From assembly GCA_904063045.1 (NCBI GenBank), contig CAJFCJ010000006.1, forward strand, positions 124,001 to 188,000: a stretch of DNA of 64,000 nt. Reading direction: 5' to 3'. The notes under the pieces are model-generated. The model did not search any database, was not told the origin of the DNA, and saw only the letters and a list, made by a program, of their open reading frames with translations. The position numbers and the translations under genes were made by a program. This document shows, in pieces, positions 1 through 12,619 of this stretch. Within the stretch, counting starts at the first letter, position 1. Each line of letters begins with the position of its first letter. Origin of the DNA: Dimorphilus gyrociliatus. Lineage: Eukaryota; Animalia; Annelida.

Positions 1-1762
1 TAATTATACGTCAAGGTCATGTTGCTAAATGTTATTATTTTATTCTATCAGGATCGGGTAAATAAAAAATTATTGTCAATATTTTCCCTATATTAGTTGA
101 TTTATGAAATAAATTGCTATTTAAAAGTTGTCGTAACTAAAATGGAAAATGAAACCGGACATTCCAATACCGTCTGTTTTATAAATCGGGGAGATTGCTT
201 TGGTGATATTGGTATTGCTAATCAGGAAAGGCGTTTAGCTACAGTTATCTCAAAAGAGAGCATTGAACTTTTAGTATTCGATGATGAAGATTTTGTTGAA
301 ATATTTATGAGTGGTGGCTTAAAGAATACAGACGATCCATTCTTTAGGTATGCATATATCAAATTGAAAACTATTTACTTTTTCTTATTATTACAACTAT
401 TTTCTTCAACCAATCGACTTTATAATTCCTCTTACACTTTTTGTTTGTTTAACAGTAGTGTCGATTGTTTGAACGGATGGCCTGTTCATTTACTTGCCGA
501 AAATAAGCATAATGCTATGTTGTCTTATTTCAAGTTCGTCAATCTCGTATCGAATTTTATTATACTATATAAATATAGTTAATTTGTTTCTATTTCCCGA
601 TAATTCCCGTTTGTTATCGTATTTTTTTTAGAAGAAAAACCGTTCTTATTCACGACAGCAAAATCTCTGATTGGATTTGTATTGTGAAATCGGTACAATA
701 TTTTGATTGAAAACTCTATCAGAAATATACTATTTTTGGATTTTAATTTTACACAGGGCAGTTGTACAGTATTGAAAAAATTAAACCCAGTGACAACCGT
801 TTTTAGAAGTAAAATACAAGCCAAACCTAGCATAGGTAACATCTATAGCAAATATATAGGCCTAGTAATGGTAAATGAAATCTTCAGGGGATAGCAGATC
901 TGTCTTAAGCCAACACAAGCTCCTAATAAACCAAGGATTTAAACGGCATGAGGATTATTTGGAGAGAACGATTAGCCTTAAAAATAGGATAAGGAGCTTA
1001 AGAGATCTCGATATTCCATGGTTGAAAGCAATGGTCATAAGAGAACAGGTAAAATTAACTTTATTTACCAATTTTCATACCTTTCCAATTGCATCAGAGT
1101 GCTAAGGCCGTGATCTCAAGGGACGGAAATGCTTTTCCTACGCAGGTATAATTAACATATTAACATGTTAAAGAACTATTGAAAATTGTTTTAAAAAATA
1201 TTAAGGGTCCCTTTTTGAGTCAAACTGGACAGAGGAAAGAAGCGAATATGTTGGAAATTTTTAATGAATCAGCTAGTCCTGAAGGAAGTAAGAAAACTCT
1301 CATTGACTCACTTAATAGTCAATACATGAATGTGGGTATCTTATACACTTTTCTTTCTTAATGAATTTATTTGTTTCCTTTCCGAAGTCACAGAATAATG
1401 ATGATAAGGATAGGGCTACAGTGTTCGTTAGGGTTCAAGTATTAACAAAAGGGAATGTTTTTGTAAGTGAATTTAATAATTCAAGTATAGTTTTTAATTA
1501 ATAACTATTTAAGGGTCTCGCTGATCTTATTCACGGGGAACAGACTAGTCTTACTTTGGTTAGCAATGGAACAGAATGCATTTTAATTAACAAAAGGTTT
1601 TATATGGAAAATTTAAATCAAGCTCTCTGGAGGAGGCTTCGAAGAGAACTCTGTCCTTATCCAACAGATAATGAGCTGCTAGAGGCTTTTTATTCTTATA
1701 TGAAATGGCGTAAGAATAAGAAAAAGGAGTTTCAACGAACTCTGCAATTTATCAAAAGATAA
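1..1762 (+). CDS. Cyclic nucleotide-binding domain protein (CNBD2-like), copy A; multi-exon, 5' end outside the window
   Basis: Exons translate to IIRQGHVAKCYYFILSGS | ...GDCFGDIGIANQERRLATVISKESIELL...DDPFF | ...VQVLTKGNVF | GLADLIHGEQTSLTLVSNGTECILINKRFY..., which are two CNB-type segments. GT-AG introns lie at e.g. 58-127 and 348-455. It is colinear with the paralogue at 6710-9578. Confidence 0.8.
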
Positions 1763-1911
1763 TAAAGTTTAAGTTATTTTGAATATTCGAAATAAATTTG
1801 AAACTAAATTAAATTAAATAAATAATAATCAAACATTTTACAAGTCTATTCTTTCGCTCATAAGTTTTTGTCACTATTTCAATATCTCCAGTAAGAAGGA
1901 AATATAAGTAG

Positions 1912-3742
1912 ATGGATATTGACGAGGCATTCGTCAAAATTGGACAATTTGGCTCACACCAGAAGAAATTATTTGCTTTACTAGCAATACAAAAAATATT
2001 TCTTGGCTTGCAGATGGTTTTATCAGTCTTCTTAGCTTCCGATTCAAATTTTAAATGTTATGTAAAATCCATTAATACAACAGTGTATAATGAATGTCCT
2101 AAAACGGGAACATGTGATAGTTATACTTTTATAAATAATGAATTTTATTCTATAGTTTCAGAATTTCATTTAGCTTGCTCAGAATATTATAAATCAGCTT
2201 TAGTTCAAAGTATTTTCATGTTAGGAGTTTTATTGGGTACAGCAATTTTTGGTATTTTATCCGACCTTTATGGTAGATTACCGATATATTTCATAGCTAG
2301 TCTCGGGTTAGTGATTTGTGGGTTTTGCACTGCTTTAGCGTCTAATTATACGCAATTCTTGTTTGGAAGAGCAACTGCTGGAGCGTTTGCTGGAGGTGTC
2401 TCACTAGTTAATTTTATTCTTATTTTGGAATTGGTCGGGCAGGACTATCGAACGTTTTGCGGTAACGTTTTTCTGGGCCTATTTGCTCTTGGGATAACAG
2501 TATTGGCAGGAATTGGTTATGTTACACCGAATTGGAGATTATTATGTTTTTTGACTACCTTGCCAACTGCCTTGCTCCTTACTGCTTCTAGTTTCATTAT
2601 CCACGAATCTCCCAGGTGGTTATTTACACAGGGTAGAGTCGCAGATGCTGAAAGAATAATGCTTAACATGGCAAGGGGAAACGGCTTGAGTCTTTCGTCT
2701 ATTAGATTAAGAGATTTAGTATTATCTAAAGCAGATAGCAATAGAAATTTGAAATTGTTAAAAGAACCACTGTTGCGGAAGAGAGTTTTTGTACAGATGT
2801 ACTCGTGGTTTGTCCTATCAACTGCCTATTATAGTATTACTCTTGAAGAAGGTCAAATAGGAATAAATAGATTTCTAGGTTTTGCTCTAACAGGTATAGC
2901 CGAAATTCCAGGCTTAATAGTCGCTCATCATTCCATGAATTATTTTGGAAGAAAAAATACGCTTAGCGGTTTCGCTGTAGCAACTGCTGCCCTCTGTTTT
3001 TGTATTATCCTCATTCCATATAGTTAGTGTGAAAATATTGACTTCATCTTATTATTCCCTTATTAATTTTCTTATTATTTAGTGTAGAACTGGATCTTAT
3101 CCTCTTTCTAGTATCAATAGTAGCTAAAATCACAATTTCAGCTAGTTATGCAACAGCTTATATCTATTCTGTCGAGTTATTTCCCACTGTAGTTAGGTAA
3201 TTGTGTTACTGTTCTTTAAATAACAATGTTTTCTAGTACTTTTTTTAATCTCTTTAAGAAATAATGGGATGGCTGCTTGCTCAATAGCAGGAAGAATAGG
3301 TGGAGCCTTAGCCCCTTTTACGCTTTCCTTGGTATAATTTATTACAAAATTAAAATGTTCGTGTTTACTTTATAGTCAACTTAACGTTTAGGGACAAGTC
3401 TTCTCAGAATTAAATTACATAATTTACGGTCTCTTTTTAATCTCTATTTATCTATCGAACTTTTCTCTTCCGGAAACGATGAATGATCATCTACCTGAGA
3501 CAATATCCGACGTGTTTATTAGTAATTTGAAGAGGAGTTATTCCTACTCTCAGTTACATTCTGACAGAATACCTTTAAGAAGTAACACAGAAGATTTAAT
3601 AGATAATAGCAAAGTGTTACAGAGTAATACAATAAAATCAAGAGATGTCTATACGACCTTCAAGAAGACAAATACGCCTTGGCAGATCTCTCAGTACGTA
3701 AAGGACACAGGTCTGATAAAGCAGAATTTCAGCTATCCTTAG
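1912..3742 (+). CDS. SLC22 family organic cation/zwitterion MFS transporter (SLC22A15-like)
   Basis: SLC22 hallmarks: N-terminal IGQFGSHQKK, SIVSEFHLAC, LSDLYGR, ESPRWL and ELFPTVVR. Three short 3' introns follow 3021, and the stop is at 3742. Confidence 0.88.
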
Positions 3743-3979
3743 CAATTTTAAGAGAAAATGTCGTAAAATATGTTAATAAAGTGAATATTATCTTAGATGA
3801 AACTATTATTTAGCAAGGCCATTATTTATTAATCCTATATTGTATATTTCGTCCTTTTTAAGGACATTTTCACTTGAATAGAAATAACAAAAAGGAAGTT
3901 CTCCCCATAAGTGTTATTATTGGGCTTGTCTATCATTTAGGAGCAAGTTCTGGTAGTTCTCTTCATTTATGACGTAAAT

Positions 3980-6102
3980 TTAAAGAGTATAAGAGAGAAT
4001 CTTGGGCCTACAAAGATACAAATCTATTCTGTAAATCGAGACTTGAAACTGATTAAAAACACGTTGATACCATTGTTTCCCTACTTCGTATTCGGCTAAT
4101 GCAAAGCGACGACCGTTTTTTAGTTGATATTTCTAGAAATCACCATAAAATAAAAATTAATTTTTATAGGAGATGATTAAGAATTAATGTACCAGTCTTT
4201 TAAATTGAAGTGTTTCCCTATGAAAAATAGTACTTGAAAATTCTTTTCACATCTTTTCAATATCATATGTGTAATTTAAATATGTACGTTCTACATATTT
4301 TACAATCTAAAATCGAATGAAAGAGTTTTGTTAAAGGGAATGTCAAGTTCATCGACCTACTTAACGGACTAATGAAAGCGATAACAAATCTTTCGACTTT
4401 TGTAAACAAGATAAATAATAATCTATATAAGTAATTGAAATAATTATAAGAAATACATTGAGGACGTTGACAGGAGTCGTAACATTAGAGAGAAATGAGA
4501 GATAAAAAGGTAAATGAGGGAATCATTAATTCCCATTTTGTAAAAAGTTTAATAAAATATACTTTTTTATAAGAAAGGAACAACAAAAAGCATTAATTTA
4601 TCATCAAAAGATATAATTTTATTGCGTAAATTTTAAGTCTGTCATATACTTTAAAGGTAAAAGTTTTGTTTATTTTTTTTCCTTCTTTCTTTCTCTTCTT
4701 CTAATAATATATAATAATAATAACAATAGTAATAATAATAATGATAATAATAATAATAATAATACAATTAATGACTTTTGGCCCAAAAAAAAAAAGAAAA
4801 GAAAGTTTACAACAATATACATAAAGCTCTTTAATACATTCATGAACAATAGACAAGTTTTTTCTTTTTAAACGATTATACAAGATATGAACACAGTTTA
4901 AGGACAAGCTAATAAAGACTAGCTAAAAACTTCGCAAAGAGACATTCATATATGCAAATGAAGAGAATTTTTTTTCGTCGACCTAACTTTATCTTCAAGG
5001 ATCGGTAATGCTGTACCTGCACAATTCTTCCATCTGTTCATTTTGTTTCTGTTTTTTTTTTTTAAGTATAAAAATAGAATTTGATTTTAAAAAAAGAAAA
5101 AAAAGGAAAATAGAGTGGCGCCTCTATTTTTTTCAACCTACTTGACAACAACTGTTGAAGGCCAAAGTATGATCGGCGTTTCTTATACATTTTGAAAAGT
5201 GGTGCATTATTCGGCGGCCTCTCCTTGGATATTTCTACAATATAATAAAGCAAATTACTCAATTAGAAAACAACAATTAAGAAAGCCATCTTCCATTTCC
5301 CATTAGGCTTAATTGTCACCAAACTCGGTCAATGACTTTTGTTGTAATGCAATTTACAGGAAAAGTAAATTAAGTGTATCCTTACCAATAAGAAATCTCT
5401 TGTCTCTGAATTGTGTGGTCTATTTACGTTCCTAAAAGCTATTTTATCAGCATAAAAAGATACTTCGCAGAGGAATCCCTTAACCCCAGCCAAAGTACCT
5501 AGCATGCAGCACGACCAATGCTGAATTGGAACCTCTGTTGACGTATTTTATTAATAGAATTGGACAATATTTTTCAATAAATTAAATACAAACTATGAAA
5601 ATATTTATATAATTGTGACGATGGATTTGCTTCGCATTTAGGACGACTCTTCCTCTCCATTTGTACAAGTTCATTTTGACTACGATTTGGGTAAGTATAA
5701 CTGAATAAATAATCTGTTGAAAATGACAAAAATCATGATAAGCGTATACAGTATATCTTTAAACATCATAAATATTCATATATTGTAATTAATAAACAAA
5801 TCTAGTGATATGTAAATATGTATAGAGTATAGTAACTATGTTTATATATATATATATATACTGTATTTATTAATATTAATAAAGGATTACTAATACTATA
5901 TTATAATATATACAAATTTATATTAATATATATACATATAGAATGCCACTTGTAGCTATTGTTTTTATATCGTAGTATTTTGACATTGCTTACCCTCGAA
6001 AGTTGCATAGAATGCTCCACGACGAGAGCTAAGTTCTTCAAGGCGTATTTGACAATAAGCTGTCGATAGGACGGCTAGGTATACGAAGTAGTAAGACTTC
6101 AT
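3980..6102 (-). CDS. Unannotated secreted cysteine-containing prepropeptide-like protein (about 174-226 aa depending on the 3' exons)
   Basis: Hand-built exons are 6102-5994, 5713-5594, 5534-5386, 5234-5142 and 5048-5017 (or 5048-4995 with a stop), then 4217-4193 and 4132-3980. All introns are GT-AG, phases are compatible and the frame stays open. The protein has signal peptide MKSYYFVYLAVLSTAYC and several dibasic sites. Confidence 0.6.
4702..4764. repeat. Imperfect (AAT)n microsatellite
   Basis: About 20 AAT units with a few interruptions, directly visible. Confidence 0.9.
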
Positions 6103-6709
6103 GTTGAATCTTCTTTAACGTACTACGGCAAGATCGACGCTTTTATGAAGAAAAAGAACATCGGCGCCACATCTATCATACGATCTTGTAACCAATCATA
6201 ATTGAGAATCGAAATAGCACCACAGTTCATTAATATTCATTAGGGCTCGTGTCAAACCGGGGAAGCGATAGGCCTAACATTTTCGTACTCTCTTTTAGCA
6301 TCAAAACATGTAGTTTTTCGCCAAATCAATATATTGTAACAATCAACACTTACTTTATTGACACTTTTATAGGCTTATTTAAATTCCGGTCAATCTTAAT
6401 CATAAATCTATATTCCTTAATAATATCTATCTATAAAGGGCATTTATATATTTTTTATTTATATAATATTTCCTTTTAAATGAAATTAATAGGAGGAGAA
6501 AATAAAATAGAAAATGCTTGAATGATTTTTATTATTCGTGTAAAGGTGTGATATTAATCGTGATTAGGCGCGTCTAAACGGCTTAACTGGATAATACAAT
6601 TATATGTTGACATAATTTTCCATATCGTTCTGAATAAGAATAACCGTTCTTAAGAACCCCAATAGAAGTGAAATAAAAATCGTTTTCATTTAGTCTCAAA
6701 CTCTTGGCC

Positions 6710-9578
6710 ATGAACGACAGACAGAGTAAAATTACTTTACCTAGAATAGCTCATTCTCCTATAGAGGAGGAAGATGAAAATTCATCATTGTCCGAATCGT
6801 ATAATAATAGTAATAATTTTAGGAAATTTTCAAACTTTTCTGGACTTGCAACTGCCAGAAAATTTCGAAGAAGGAGTAGTGTTGAAGATTATCACAAGTC
6901 GAGGGAAATACTTATTCTCAACGCGAAGAAAAGGAGAGAGGAATTAATGCATAAATGGAGAAAAGTTAGTCATTGGATAATTATTCTATTTACTTTGTGG
7001 AGAGTTCATGCTAGAAAAGTTAAAGAGTTTATGGATTCGAGTATGGAATTATTAGACGCTAAAATAGATGCTGATCTATTGTTTGACGTAACTGAATTTA
7101 AATGTCATAAGCAGGCTAGAGTGCCCAAAGAAGCAAAAAGAATATTGCAAAAGCGACAAAATGAAAGGACTGACGATGAAATGCATTACGTAAGAGATAA
7201 GAAAATTATCTGAAAAATGCATTTTATCTGATATCTTCTCATATGTTAATTTTAGGTACAAATCGCTTTAAGAAATTATAAGGCAATAGCAGATTATCCA
7301 CCAAATATGCAAAGGGTTATGGCCAAGAAAGGGTGGTATGAAGTGTACGAAGGGAAAAGAGTAATTGTCCGACAAGGTCACCCAGCAAGATGCTATTATT
7401 TCATTTTATCTGGTTCAGTTATAGTTTCGAAACTAGATCCCGAAACGGGTCTATCGAGAACTTTAACGTTGCTACATTCGGGTGAAAGTTTTGGTGAAAT
7501 CGGTATTATTCATGCAGGAGCCAGAACAGCGTCAGTTGTCAGTAAGGATACTGTCGAACTGTTGGCATTTATTGATGACGTATGTATTCGCACCAAAACA
7601 ATAGGCCTATCATTTCCCTGTTGTTTTAAAGGTTTATTTATGAAATCCTCCTCCTTAAGAGACCACGTCATTCTTTTAAAAAAGCAATAGTACCTTCTTA
7701 TGGAATTTTTTTTCGGAAAGAGATATAAACCTATAAGAAATTCAATGTTTTTAAATTTAATAGAAAGTGTTGATTTAACTTAGGCTACATTTGGTAACAA
7801 AAACAAGGTAATAAAATAGAATATAAGAATTGACGTAATTTTCAACAGGTCCCGCCCTGTTGTTTTTAGTATAATTAAGAATTAAATTCAAGGTTGAACG
7901 TTTTTTTTATATATATAAATTTAGGCCTATATAACGTTATATTCATTCGTTTCTCCTCTTACGTTCTACGGAATATGTCCTACTAATCTATAAGAAAAGT
8001 ATTTCATATCGTAATTTACTGATTAGTAATCTGTTGTTATTTATTTGTTTGTTAAAATGAGAAATACACAGCTTTCTTAAACTTTTTTCTAGGACTATGT
8101 TGATATCTTTATGTCCGGTGGATTGAAAGACCCGGGTGACCCTTTTTTAAAGACAGTACCCTGTTTACGTGGCTGGCCCTTACACTTACTGAATGACAAT
8201 TCTGAAAAGTGCTTTCAAACCTTCTACAAGTAAGGCTTAAGTAATTTATTCAGTTTTTCTTTTTATCAATAACTTTTTGTTCTTGTTTCAAAACTCAGAA
8301 AAGGAGCGGTATTAACTAAAAACAGTACAGAATCAGAGTGGATTTATATTGTTAAATCAGTAAATATCTTTATTCTATACGTTGAAAGTAGTCTTTCTTG
8401 TTTCATTTTGGTTTCTTTCTTGATGGACTCGTCTCAAGTCTATTTATAATTTTGTAGGGTAGATTAGCTATACTTAAAAGATTGAATGAAGTCCCTCCAG
8501 AATCATTAGAAGATGCTCCAGTTACTACTCAAAAATCATGCAAGCAGTTACTTTTGAATGTTGACGCTCACGAAAATTATTTACTTAAAAAGATACAAAA
8601 TCAAAATGATAAGTTATTAAAAACTAATGGAGGTAAATTTAAAGGACTACCGGAAATCCGAGTTGAGACTAATGGAATTTTTTACAAGAATAACCTTTTC
8701 GACAATCGTCCTAAAGGTTCGCCGTCAAAATCCAAAAGAATGCCTAAGTTATCAAAAGTAAGTTGATATTGTCGATTTACGTGCCGATTAAAATTGAAAT
8801 TCTATTATATTCTTTAAACAAACTCCCCTAGAGTCATTTAATGCGCTTAGCACAAGAAATACCACAAAGTATTCCGGAAACGGATGAGAACGAAGAATCT
8901 TACGTTAAGTATCAAGAAGAACTTACAAAGCCGATAGAAGAAGTCGGTCCAATTTTTGTAATAGTTCAAATTTTAACTAAGGGATCAGTCTTCGTAAGTA
9001 GACCTATACAATCAAGGGTACTAAAATTTCCCTGGATTGATTCAATTCTTATAGGGCTTAGCTGACATAATTTGCGGTGATCAAACAAATTTTAGTGTCG
9101 TCAGTAAAGGGGCCGAATGTATTGTTGTAAATAAGAAATTTTACATGGAAAATATCACAGAAAGCTTACAAAGGTTTCTAAGAAGACAGGTTTGTTTTGT
9201 TTTTGAATAAATTCTCTCTTTTTCCAATTAAATAAAGGCCTATGCTCTTAATAAAAAAGATCAATAAGGTTATCTATCATACGATACTTAGTTACTCATT
9301 CTAAAATCCTAACGTCAAATTCGTTCACTTAGCTCCTTAACTACTAATTCATTAAATAAAGCACAGATGGCACCAACGTACTTATATTCATTTCGATCCC
9401 TCTACAGGTTTTTCCTTATCCTACCGAATCAAAAATGCAGGACGACCTTTCACTTCATCTAAAATGGGAAATTAGAAGGAAGAAAATTTTGGAAAATACA
9501 ATTAGGAGAATTAAAGGAAGAAGAGTCGATGTGCATAACGCTAGATCAAGACTTTTATTAAAATCAAATGATAAATAA
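6710..9578 (+). CDS. Cyclic nucleotide-binding domain protein (CNBD2-like), copy B; multi-exon
   Basis: VIVRQGHPARCYYFILSGS, GESFGEIGIIHAGARTASVVSKDTVELL and VQILTKGSVF are present. The last exon is VFPYPTESKMQDDL...NDK*, with TAA at 9576-9578. Confidence 0.82.
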
Positions 9579-9589
9579 AACAAAATTAA

Positions 9590-10638
9590 TTACGCTCTTC
9601 CCATTAATTTTGCCTCCATCCAGTTCAAGCCTTTCATAGCTACTTCGTAACCGAAAAAGCATGCTGCATTAGCTGGGAAAGCTCTCAACAAAACCGGGGT
9701 TGCTCCCTTGTAAAATCCTAGAATTCCTTCGTTTCTTATTAATTCCCTCAAGACACCTCTGGCTCCATCAGGATACTTTCCTTCGGGAGCTATTTGAAGG
9801 CGCGACTTGAGCACATCTGGAGGCAAGGCTACAATCCAATTGACTATTCCGGCCATTCCTCCGGCAAAGAGTGTACGCAATACACTAAGACCACCTTCAG
9901 ATCCTTCGGGTGTAAGAAGTTTTTTGAGCCATTCATATGTCATGAAATAGACTCCAGAAGCTGGTATATCTCTAGCTAACGTAGCCATTGAACCTCTGTA
10001 AATCGATCTAATTCCACCTTCCCTATATAGTTGTTTAGCACAATCAATAGGTCCACTATATTTGGCAGTTGCTGCATTTTGTTGAATTTGCAATAGACAC
10101 TTGATTCTTTCTCCAGGGGCCATAATAGTGGTGGAAAAGACACCGGCAAGACATCCAGCAGTGAATAGTTGGGGATAAGTTAAGGGTGTATTTGGATCTT
10201 TTTGTTGCAATTGTTTGCCAACATTAAATCCCATAAATGACACAGCAAATATCGGAGCAACTCCAGCAATAGGAGCTGCCATACCCTTGTAAAATCCTCG
10301 TACTCCCTAAATATAAGATTTTAACATTAATTACCAATGTCTGAGCTCTTACATATCTGAAACATATGTCATGAAATTATAACCTCTTTAACAAGTATTT
10401 TACGAGCACAATCCACAGTGCCAGAATACATGGGCACTTCGCCCGGTCCAGGAATGGGCATGGTCTGCAGACGCACCTGTCCAAAAATAGTCAATGAAGT
10501 TTTGTTATTGAAATTTTTCATATCGTTTAAAATACCCTTTACCTTCATTGTATCAAGTGGGTGACCTGCAAGAACCAAGCACATACCTCCAAACCCACCA
10601 GCCAAAAATCCTTTTATTGCACTAGCTTCTTCAGGCAT
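9590..10638 (-). CDS. SLC25A20: Mitochondrial carnitine/acylcarnitine carrier
   Basis: [83 protein letters not shown] and [10 protein letters not shown]. These are three mitochondrial carrier signatures; there are 2 introns. Confidence 0.93.
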
Positions 10639-10947
10639 TTTATTATATTGCGCCTAATTATTGAACTTGAAGGAAAACCCGCTAAATTTGCTGAGGCTGA
10701 AATATTGTTTTGGAAGTTTAAAGCTTACGCCCAATACAATAGTTCGATGATTTGAAGTTTTGTCACTCTGGTAGCAGATGACTTTAGAAACGTCTTTTAG
10801 CTTTTTTCACTTATCACAAAGTCAAAAGTTGAAAAGAACGTCTTGGCGATAATTCACAAAAACAATGTTCGTATTTTCTGCAATTTTACATTAAGTCTAT
10901 AATGCAAATTACGTTTTAGTTCGGAAAAAGTTTTGCGTCGACTGTTG

Positions 10948-10957
10948 ATCACGTGAT
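10948..10957. promoter_or_regulatory. Palindromic E-box ATCACGTGAT (SREBP/USF/MiT-TFE type) in the SLC25A20/SETMAR-like divergent promoter
   Basis: Perfect 10-bp palindrome in the 400-bp gap between ATGs at 10638 (-) and 11038 (+). Confidence 0.4.
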
Positions 10958-11037
10958 GTGGTTAGCGTGCGAAGGTTTGATTATCGTTGGGAAATAATGG
11001 AAAAATAAAATAGAAAAATATACTTCCCGCCTAACTC

Positions 11038-12619
11038 ATGGAAAAGATTCTTCGAAATGAAAATGATATTAGCGGTGGGATAGAAAATGTTGCTGTCCCT
11101 CTCGAGGATAAGGAATATTTGAAAAACTGTTCTGATTTCGTGGTATGTAACAAATACAATATTTAAACATATCTATATTAATGTGAACAAATTTTTTATG
11201 TAATTACGTAATAACGTATCACGAAACGAATTCAGGATAAATCTATTGATGATTGATAAAGCTATAATATACAATATGCAATGTCGAAATGAAAGTAAAC
11301 AAATCGTAATGATTAAATCATCGACCAATTTCCAGGCTTCTTGTTTTCCTCCATTATATTACTTTGATAACAAATCACCTGGACGATGTATAGCTTTGTT
11401 TCTTTCGCTTCACTTAATTTTGTCAATTCGTAATTTTCTTAAGGAACAAGAGTAGATCAAAATACGATATCAAATATACAGTATCAAATTCTTTTGTTAT
11501 ATTTATAAAGATTCTCCCTAATTTGTAATGATAGGTGCCGTTTCAAATAATGACAGAAAGGATTGTAATAGTTGAGAAATTTTAGATTATGCTAATGCGC
11601 TTACTTATTACAAATTCCGAAAAGAAATGGAACGACTAATTATAGATGGTACAAAATATCAAAGATGAAGGAACATCTGCTAATCTATAATACAGATTTA
11701 GTTTTAGACGAATAAAGTAATTAATCTACCATAAAACAATACCTAACTTAACATGCTGGTTTATTTTATGACAGTTAAGCTGTCCATAGAGATCAGTTCT
11801 CTTAGTAAAAAGTTTCTATTTCTTAGAATGTTGTAATGGAAGTATAAGTAACTTCTCTCTTTTATCTTTTTGCAGTATTCTTTACAAAATATACCAAGTT
11901 TAGAATTTCAAGAGAAATCATGGGCTGAAGAACTACAAGGTTGCGAATGCGAAGCGGAATGTAATAGAGATACTTGTTCATGCGTTAAGCAGTGGGGAGC
12001 TAATTATAACTCTGACAGACTGTTAATTGCATCCTCTGATAGACCAATTTTGGAATGTGGGAAAACGTGCTCATGCTCTTCAGGAAACTGCCAGAATAAA
12101 GTGGTTGGAAGAGGCGTTAGATTAAAGCTTCAAGTCTTTAAAACTCCAGATAAAGGGATGGGAGTTAAGTGCTTAGAGAGTATAAAGAAAGGATCTTTTG
12201 TGAGCGAATATGTTGGTGAAGTAATAGGAGTAAAGGAAGCTAAAACAAGAACAAAGTTTATGGCTGAAAGACCCTCTTACTGCTGTAATTATATACTTGG
12301 CGTTAGAGAAAAGGTGAATGGTTCTGATGTTGATACAGTTTCATTCGTAGATGCAATGTATGTTGGAAATGTCAGCAGATTTATAAATCATTCTTGCGAG
12401 CCCAACTTAAAAATGGTTGTTGTCCGGCATACTAACTTGATCCCCAAAATTGCTCTGTATGCCTCCAGAACTATCAATGAAGGAGAGGAGTTAAGTTTCA
12501 GTTACGGACCGTCTTGTAATAAAGCTATTTTAGGCTCAACGAGATCATGTTTTTGTAAAACTGACAGTTGTTCTGGTTATTTGCCATTTGACGATTCTCT
12601 CATTGAATCCAGTGATTGA
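11038..12619 (+). CDS. SETMAR: Pre-SET/SET/post-SET histone lysine methyltransferase, SETMAR-like without a transposase domain
   Basis: Exon 1 (11038-11142) reads MEKILRNENDISGGIENVAVP. After intron 11143-11875, exon 2 contains GCECEAECNRDTCSC, RFINHSCEPN, EELSFSY and post-SET CFCKTDSC. Confidence 0.8.

Noticed and set aside
4701-4907. Minus-strand ORF with ECIKELYVYCCK resembling a third C..CC unit of the hidden precursor
   Set aside because: It is phase-compatible with the 5016 donor but runs into poly-T and the (ATT)n microsatellite. TGT codons are cheap in AT-rich DNA, so it is more likely intron or UTR.
5136-5150. CCQVG followed by TGA at the position of the third insulin A-chain cysteine (possible selenocysteine)
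   Set aside because: A TAG follows two codons later, GTAGGT is a good splice donor at that point, and I saw no SECIS element.
11038-12619. SETMAR-like gene lacking a mariner transposase domain
   Set aside because: The SET-mariner fusion is specific to anthropoid primates, so SET-only is the expected ancestral state.
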